Assembly: GCA_964612945.1 (NCBI GenBank)
Contig: CAZTFR010000002.1
Coordinates: forward strand, 7,497 to 71,496
Length of the DNA stretch: 64,000 nt
From: an uncultured Thermoplasmatales archaeon
Lineage (GTDB): Archaea; Thermoplasmatota; E2; DHVEG-1
Reading direction: 5' to 3'
Shown: piece after piece, positions 57,917 to 64,000 of the stretch
How the letters are laid out: every line of letters starts with the position of its first letter
Position numbering within the stretch: position 1 is the first letter of the stretch
Made by a program: the position numbers and the translations under genes
Notes under the pieces: generated by a model
What the model was told of the DNA's origin: nothing
Database searches by the model: none
Seen by the model: only the letters and a program-made list of their open reading frames with translations

Positions 57917-58474
57917 ATGAAAATCATCGCATTCACCGGTATGCCCTTTTCCGGAAAATCAGAAGCAGTAACAATCGCACAACAAACAGGAATACCAGTT
58001 GTCCGCATGGGTGATCTGGTCTGGGATGAAACCAAACAACGCGGCCTTCCACTCACCGATGAACACGTCGGACGCGTCGCAACAGAAATGCGAAACATCC
58101 ACGGAAAAGACATCTGGGCAAAAAAAACAACAGAAAAAATACACACACTACAAAACCAAGACATCGTCATCATCGACGGTATCCGAAACAAAGAAGAAAT
58201 CATCTATTTCAAACAAAAACTCGGCACCGATTTTGTCCTCATCGCTATAACCGTACCCACTGATCTACGCAGAAAACGAGGCAGAATGCGAGGCCGAACA
58301 GATGATAGCACAAAACTACAGGATATCAAAAAACGAGACCAGCGAGAACTCAGCTGGGGACTGGGCGAGGTCATCAACACAGCAGACATCACCATTAACA
58401 ACGCAGGGACACTCAGCGAGTTTCAACTTCAGGTTAAACAAATCCTACACGCCCTCACCGAATCGATACATTAA
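57917..58474 (+). CDS. UPF0200 family P-loop kinase (dephospho-CoA kinase-like)
   Basis: TGMPFSGKS, MGDLV, IDGIR, RGRTDD, RDQRELSWG. Confidence 0.85.
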   Translation: MKIIAFTGMPFSGKSEAVTIAQQTGIPVVRMGDLVWDETKQRGLPLTDEHVGRVATEMRNIHGKDIWAKKTTEKIHTLQNQDIVIIDGIRNKEEIIYFKQKLGTDFVLIAITVPTDLRRKRGRMRGRTDDSTKLQDIKKRDQRELSWGLGEVINTADITINNAGTLSEFQLQVKQILHALTESIH

Positions 58475-58508
58475 TCTATACTTTTTCTGATGGCACGCAC
58501 GAAATAAC

Positions 58509-58760
58509 ATGTATGAAGTACACGTCAAGATCGCCCTCAAAAAAGGTGTATCCGACCCTGAAGGAGCAAACACCCTCAAAGCACTACATCTTCTTGGATA
58601 TGAAACCGTCACCGAGGCAAAAATCATCCGCACAGTCGTCCTCACACTTGACGAACCAAATAAAGACACCGTCCAACAACAAGTCAAGCAAATGTGTCAA
58701 CGCCTACTCACCAACCCAGTGATCCATCATTTTGATATTTCCATTACAAGAAAGGAGTAA
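58509..58760 (+). CDS. purS: FGAM synthase subunit PurS
   Basis: LKKGVSDPEG, MCQRLLTNPVI; upstream of purL. Confidence 0.93.
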   Translation: MYEVHVKIALKKGVSDPEGANTLKALHLLGYETVTEAKIIRTVVLTLDEPNKDTVQQQVKQMCQRLLTNPVIHHFDISITRKE

Positions 58761-58766
58761 CCACCT

Positions 58767-61136
58767 ATGGGGGGAGCAACAACAACCCAAGAACGCTTGT
58801 TCCAAGACAAACACTACCCTTTCAGCTGCTTTGAAGTCGACATCAGTGCTGCCACAGACAACGAACTCGTCGAGATCAGCACCCAGATGGGCCTTGCCTT
58901 GTCTCTTTCAGAGATGAAACAGATTGCCACATACTTCAAAGAAAAAAACAGAAAACCTACCGACGTCGAACTTCAAGCCCTCGGACAAGCATGGAGTGAA
59001 CATTGCTGCTATAAATCAAGCAAAATTCCACTTCAAAAACATGTATTTGGAATAGAAGAACAAAAAATAATTGCCCGAGAGGATGCCGGCGTCGTCACCT
59101 TTGACAACGACCATTACTACTGCGCCGCCCTCGAATCACACAACCATCCCAGCGCCATCGAACCCTACGGAGGAGCAGCCACCGGCATCGGTGGCATCGT
59201 CAGAGATATCGTCTGCATGGGCTCTCAACCCATCGCCTTCATCGACCCTCTCTTCTTTGGCACCCTTGATCAAAAATTCAGAGACCTCCCCAAAGGAGTC
59301 AAACACCCTGTGTATCTCTTCAAAGGAGTCGTCGATGGCATCCGCGACTACGGAAACCGCATCGGCATACCCACCCTCTGCGGCCAAGTCTACTTTCACC
59401 CCGGCTACACCGGCAACTGTCTCGTCAACGTCGGATGCATCGGCGTGATGAAGAAAAAAGAACTCATACACAGCCGCGCAAAAGCACCCGGAAACATCTA
59501 TGTTTATGTGGGTGGAAAAACAGGACGCGATGGCATCCATGGAGTTACCTTTGCCTCCGCAGAGCTCACCGATGACAGCGAAGAAAGCAGCCGATCTGCC
59601 GTCCAAGTAGGAGACCCTATCACCAAAGAACCAGTGATTCATGTCACCCTGGAATGCAACCGCAAAGGACTACTCGAAGGACTCAAAGACTTCGGCGGCG
59701 GCGGACTTTCCTGTGTCTGCGGAGAGCTTGCCTATGCCGCAGATCTTGGCTGTGAAATCCATCTTGACAATGTCCCCCTCAAAGAAGAGGGACTCTCACC
59801 CTGGGAGATCTGGGTCTCAGAAAGCCAAGAACGCATGATGTTTCTGGTCAAACCCGAAAACGTCGACAAAGTACTTCACATCTGCAAGCAATGGGATGTC
59901 ACCGCTGTTCCCATTGGAGAAGTCATCAAGGATCAACTCGTTCGAGTGTATTACAAACAAAAACAAATCCTTGAGATGGATCTGGAGTTTCTCACCGGAG
60001 GACCGATCTATGATTCCTGCACACGACCCTATGTTGCAAAAAAAATCGATGAACAGATTCCCACGTTTGATCCGCCAAAAGATCTCTCAGAAAGTCTTCT
60101 CTCTATTCTCAGTTCCCCATCAGTTGCCTCCAAAGAATGGGTGATCCGCCAGTATGATCACGAAGTCCGCGGGAACACCGTCATTAAACCCCTACAGGGC
60201 CGACTGGGCCAGGAGGCCCATGGGGATGCCGCAGTCATCAAACCCTTGGAGAATTCCTATCGTGGTCTTGCCGTCACCGCAGATGTCAACCCCCAGTTCA
60301 TGGAACAACACCCTTACCATGGTGCCCGCTCCGCAGTTGATGAAATCTGCAGAAACTTAACTGCGGTGGGCGCCCGTCCAGATGCCTTACTTGACTGCCT
60401 GAATTTTGGGAACCCGGAAAAACCAGAACGCATGGGGGAATTTTATGAGGCATGCAGAGGGCTTGGTGATATGGCCCGAGCACTGAAACTTCCCTTTATG
60501 TCTGGGAATGTGAGTTTCTACAATGAATCCACAAAAACCGCGGTTCCGCCCACTCCTGAGCTCGTTGGAATTGGCATTGTTGATGACATCCGCAGTTGCA
60601 AAACAGCGGATTTAAAACAAGAACATTCTCTTCTGTATCTCATCGGTGGTCCCACTCAAAACGAGCTGGGTGGCTCAGAATATTTTAAAACGCGAAAGAT
60701 ACAGGGGGGAAAAGTACCTCGAAGTAATATTTCCTTGCTGAAACAATGCATCAAAGGCCTTCTAAACGTTATTTCTGAGCAGTATGTCTTATCGTGTCAT
60801 GATCTTAGTGAAGGCGGACTGGGTGTCTGTCTTGCAGAAATGTGCATTGGCGGTAACATTGGTGCCACCATTGATCTGGGAATACTGCAGGCAACACTTC
60901 GAGATGATATTCTGCTGTTTTCAGAGTCAAACACCCGCTGGGTGGTCGAAGTTGATCCTGCAGAAAAAGCATTGTTTGAACACGCACTACAAAAACAGAA
61001 CGTACCTATCTGTCCTCTTGGAAACGTAACGGGTGGTGCATTGCAGGTGAACCATGATGAAAACCAACGGGTTAGTTTGTCCGTAGATGATCTTCGATCT
61101 GCCTGGTCGTCTCCGCTATGGAAACGGATGGGCTAA
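58767..61136 (+). CDS. purL: FGAM synthase subunit PurL
   Basis: WSEHCCYKSS, ESHNHPS, GAATG, TGRDGIHG, SESQERM, QYDHEV, DCLNFGNPE, GNVSFYN. Confidence 0.96.
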   Translation: MGGATTTQERLFQDKHYPFSCFEVDISAATDNELVEISTQMGLALSLSEMKQIATYFKEKNRKPTDVELQALGQAWSEHCCYKSSKIPLQKHVFGIEEQKIIAREDAGVVTFDNDHYYCAALESHNHPSAIEPYGGAATGIGGIVRDIVCMGSQPIAFIDPLFFGTLDQKFRDLPKGVKHPVYLFKGVVDGIRDYGNRIGIPTLCGQVYFHPGYTGNCLVNVGCIGVMKKKELIHSRAKAPGNIYVYVGGKTGRDGIHGVTFASAELTDDSEESSRSAVQVGDPITKEPVIHVTLECNRKGLLEGLKDFGGGGLSCVCGELAYAADLGCEIHLDNVPLKEEGLSPWEIWVSESQERMMFLVKPENVDKVLHICKQWDVTAVPIGEVIKDQLVRVYYKQKQILEMDLEFLTGGPIYDSCTRPYVAKKIDEQIPTFDPPKDLSESLLSILSSPSVASKEWVIRQYDHEVRGNTVIKPLQGRLGQEAHGDAAVIKPLENSYRGLAVTADVNPQFMEQHPYHGARSAVDEICRNLTAVGARPDALLDCLNFGNPEKPERMGEFYEACRGLGDMARALKLPFMSGNVSFYNESTKTAVPPTPELVGIGIVDDIRSCKTADLKQEHSLLYLIGGPTQNELGGSEYFKTRKIQGGKVPRSNISLLKQCIKGLLNVISEQYVLSCHDLSEGGLGVCLAEMCIGGNIGATIDLGILQATLRDDILLFSESNTRWVVEVDPAEKALFEHALQKQNVPICPLGNVTGGALQVNHDENQRVSLSVDDLRSAWSSPLWKRMG

Positions 61137-62252
61137 TTAGAGCAGGGTATGTGACTGTTCGCAGACAAACAGGTTCACACCGACATGTTTAATGCAGGCA
61201 TCAAGCACCGTCTGTGGATTGAGTGGTGCCCGGCTGGGGCAGAGCTCAATGGTGTAGGCAAGAATTTGATGTTCTGCGTACAACCAGTTTTCTGATGTTC
61301 CAAGAGTGCCACAAAACCTGGGTATGAGATACTCTCGGGTGCCGTATTGTCCGTAGATCCGTAGTTCGTAGCCGTTGATATCAGCCATACCGCGTCCAAT
61401 GGAACGGAACAAATGCTCATGTGGGGTTCGTCTGCTGGTATGCATCCATGGAAAAATCATCCATTCGCCATAGTCATGGTAGGAAAGTGACAGGACGATA
61501 TCATAGGTGTCGGCAACCTGTTTTACTGCTTGTGATTCAGGCTCGGAGAAGGGCTCTGGTCCACGGTAGATAGGGCTACTTTCTCGTGAGGTCCACTGAT
61601 TGTTATACCAGGCGGGAAAGATTTTGTAGAAAATCCATCGATGTCCATAGTTACGGTTCAGATCAACACCATAGGGTGCTGCCCCGTTTTTGCGAGTGTT
61701 TGCTTCTACACCATCTGGGTTTACCATTGGTATAATGTAGAGCTCAGTGGAATCGATGATTGAGTGGATGCGTTCTTCTGAAGGGTCTTCATCGACGGCC
61801 CCATCACCATCATTGTCTCTTCCATCCAGATGGTCCTCATTTGTTTTTCCATCAAGGTCATTATCGATGTTCTGTTGGGTGTAGTTTTGGGTGATACTGT
61901 CGAGGAAATAGAGAAGGACTTCATAGGATGGTTTTTCGTTTCCATGGTGTGCACCCATAAGAAGCACTCCAGGTTCATCTGGTTCTTCTTGATCGGGGTT
62001 ATCTGAGAGTTTGACCATCCAGATATCTCGGTTTTGATGTGTGGTTCCTATGGAGGTGAGTGTGAGAATGTCTGAATAGTTTTCTTGGAGTTGATGAAGA
62101 AAGGTGGTCATTTCATCATAAGTGTAATACTGATAACTTGGAGCCTGAAGTGGGGCTTGTGTTGCCGAAATTGAAACGCTTGTTAGAAATAAAAGAACGC
62201 ATAAGACGAGTACGCTAAGTCTTGTGTAATATTTTTTTGGTTGATTTACCAT
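61137..62252 (-). CDS. secreted zinc carboxypeptidase (M14)
   Basis: Signal peptide; HHGNE, NPDG, RKN, GVDLNRNY, SYHDY, TIELC. Confidence 0.9.
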   Translation of the reverse strand: MVNQPKKYYTRLSVLVLCVLLFLTSVSISATQAPLQAPSYQYYTYDEMTTFLHQLQENYSDILTLTSIGTTHQNRDIWMVKLSDNPDQEEPDEPGVLLMGAHHGNEKPSYEVLLYFLDSITQNYTQQNIDNDLDGKTNEDHLDGRDNDGDGAVDEDPSEERIHSIIDSTELYIIPMVNPDGVEANTRKNGAAPYGVDLNRNYGHRWIFYKIFPAWYNNQWTSRESSPIYRGPEPFSEPESQAVKQVADTYDIVLSLSYHDYGEWMIFPWMHTSRRTPHEHLFRSIGRGMADINGYELRIYGQYGTREYLIPRFCGTLGTSENWLYAEHQILAYTIELCPSRAPLNPQTVLDACIKHVGVNLFVCEQSHTLL

Positions 62253-62332
62253 TATTCCCCCAGAATTATATTACAATTTGCTGTATTTAAAGCTTTGTAC
62301 TGCAGTATTTCTCTTCCTATTTTTGATTATTT

Positions 62333-62393
62333 TTAGGCATACCGAAATTTATTTATAGTCCTGAAACGTAATACAATATTTAGGCATACCTAA
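62333..62393. promoter_or_regulatory. two DtxR/IdeR-like operator boxes flanking the feoAB TATA box
   Basis: TTAGGCATACCGAA (62333-62346) and perfect TTAGG-CATA-CCTAA (62380-62393), with TTTATTTATA between them. Confidence 0.7.
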
Positions 62394-62409
62394 CTTTATT
62401 GGTGACCTC

Positions 62410-62652
62410 ATGAGCACACAAATAATTCCCCTCACTGACGTGCCCCTCTATAAAACAGCACGCATACAAAGCATTCGCGGCGGCTTTGGCCTCCAACGAA
62501 AACTCCGCGTCATGGGCATACGCGAAGGCGAACGCATCAAACTTCTCAGCCGCCAACCCCTTCGTGGACCACTCACCATCCATGTCTGCGGATGTCAGAT
62601 GACCCTTGGCAGAGGCATGGCACGACACATCCTCGTGGAAGTGATCGAATAA
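62410..62652 (+). CDS. feoA: ferrous iron transport protein A
   Basis: RKLRVMGIREG, GPLTI, LGRGMARHILV; GGTGA SD. Confidence 0.93.
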   Translation: MSTQIIPLTDVPLYKTARIQSIRGGFGLQRKLRVMGIREGERIKLLSRQPLRGPLTIHVCGCQMTLGRGMARHILVEVIE

Positions 62653-64000
62653 AAAAAATAGTCCTCATGGGAAACCCCAATGTGGGAAAAAGCGTGGTCT
62701 TCTCACGCCTCACCGGAGCAAACGTCATTGCCTCCAACTACCCCGGGACCACCGTCGACTTCTCCAAAGGAAAAATACGTCTTGACACGGAACGCGCTGA
62801 AGTCATCGACGCACCCGGCACCTACTCACTTGACCCCTCAAACAAAGCAGAAGAAGTCGCCGTACAAATGCTTCAGGATGCAGACATCATCATCAACGTT
62901 GTTAACGCCACCAACCTCGAACGAAACCTCTACCTCACCTTAGAACTCCTTGAACTGGGAAAACCTATAATCATCGCCCTTAACCTCTGGGATGAAACCC
63001 ATCACCTCGGCATCGAAATCGACATAGAACAACTCACCGAGCTTCTTGGCGTCCCTATCGTTCCCACCACCGCTCTCACCGGACAGGGAATCAAAGACCT
63101 CGTCACCCACCTCACCAAAATCGGGCCTGCCACACCAAAAAACATCACCGATGATGATGAACGATGGAAAGAAATCGGCCACATCATCAAACAAGTTGAA
63201 ACAATCACCCATCGCCATCACACCCTCCGCGACCGCCTCTCCGATCTCACCATACGACCTGCAACCGGCCTTCCCATCGCCGCAGGAATCATCCTTGCCG
63301 CCTTCTGGATCGTTCGCTTCATCGGAGAAACACTGATAACATATTTCTTTGACCCCATTTTCAACACCTACTATCTTCCCCTCATCGAACAACTCAGCGA
63401 AATCCTGGGCCCTGGCATCCTTCATACGATTCTCATCGGCGAATACGGAACATCCATCGATTTCATCGAATCACTCGGCATGCTCACCACCGGACTCTAC
63501 GTCCCCCTCGCAGCAGTCCTCCCCTACATCATCGCCTTCTACTTCATGCTCTCCGTCCTCGAAGACTCCGGCTACCTCCCACGGCTTGCAACCATCCTCG
63601 ACAACGTCTTTCATAAACTCGGCATGCACGGCCACGGCATCGTCCCCCTGTTCCTCGGACTCGGCTGCAACGTACCTGGTGCCCTCTCCACACGAACCCT
63701 TGAGACACGAAAACAACGATTCATCTCCGCAACACTGCTTGCCATCTGTGTCCCCTGCATGGCACAAATGGCCATGGTCTTCGGCATCCTCGGACAATAC
63801 GGCGTCCTCTACATCGGTCTGGTCTTTGCCACCCTCGCAGTTCTCTACCTCATCCTCGGCCTCATCCTCAACCGCTTCATCAAAGGAGAAAGCCCTGAAA
63901 TCTTTCTTGAGATACCATCCTACCGACGGCCAAGCATGCGCGCCGCCCTCAAAAAAACATGGATGCGCATCCGCTGGTTCCTCAAAGAAGCAATACCCTT
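62649..64000 (+). CDS. feoB: ferrous iron transport protein B (3' end outside window)
   Basis: Hand translation KKIVLMGNPNVGKS, NYPGTTVD, DAPGTYSL, LERNLYL, LEDSGYLPRLA, GLGCNVP; start uncertain (ATA 62649, ATG 62667 or ATG 62592). Confidence 0.93.
   Translation, partial: MKKIVLMGNPNVGKSVVFSRLTGANVIASNYPGTTVDFSKGKIRLDTERAEVIDAPGTYSLDPSNKAEEVAVQMLQDADIIINVVNATNLERNLYLTLELLELGKPIIIALNLWDETHHLGIEIDIEQLTELLGVPIVPTTALTGQGIKDLVTHLTKIGPATPKNITDDDERWKEIGHIIKQVETITHRHHTLRDRLSDLTIRPATGLPIAAGIILAAFWIVRFIGETLITYFFDPIFNTYYLPLIEQLSEILGPGILHTILIGEYGTSIDFIESLGMLTTGLYVPLAAVLPYIIAFYFMLSVLEDSGYLPRLATILDNVFHKLGMHGHGIVPLFLGLGCNVPGALSTRTLETRKQRFISATLLAICVPCMAQMAMVFGILGQYGVLYIGLVFATLAVLYLILGLILNRFIKGESPEIFLEIPSYRRPSMRAALKKTWMRIRWFLKEAIP

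Noticed and set aside
57781..58014. 77-aa ORF
   Set aside because: Overlaps tRNA-Leu and the UPF0200 gene; spurious.

Overview
Archaeal chromosome segment. Archaeal markers include the ipk-fni-idsA-gltX lipid/translation cluster, aEF-1beta, pelota, and an initiator tRNA-Met with an A1-U72 pair. The many secreted peptidases with PKD/Ig-like tails suggest a proteolytic Thermoplasmatota lineage such as MBG-D/Thermoprofundales (inference). The window also contains purine/pyrimidine/thiamine genes (purF, purM, purS, purL, pyrF, thiL), a five-gene alpha-glucan (glycogen) cluster, a flippase/radical SAM/three-glycosyltransferase cluster, seven peptidases, an RqcH-pelota pair, a dsRBD-less RNase III, feoAB with DtxR-like boxes, two tRNAs, several unannotated microproteins and two gene-remnant patches. 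No CRISPR array, rRNA, transposase or integrase was seen. Best leads: (1) a G+T versus A+C strand skew that flips every few kb, independent of gene direction and sometimes mid-gene; (2) a DMT transporter fused to an Lrp/AsnC ligand-binding domain, paired with a stand-alone copy of that domain; (3) the radical SAM-glycosyltransferase-flippase module; (4) several structured intergenic RNA candidates, including a long leader in front of the glycogen operon. All structure and composition calls were made by eye and need computation.
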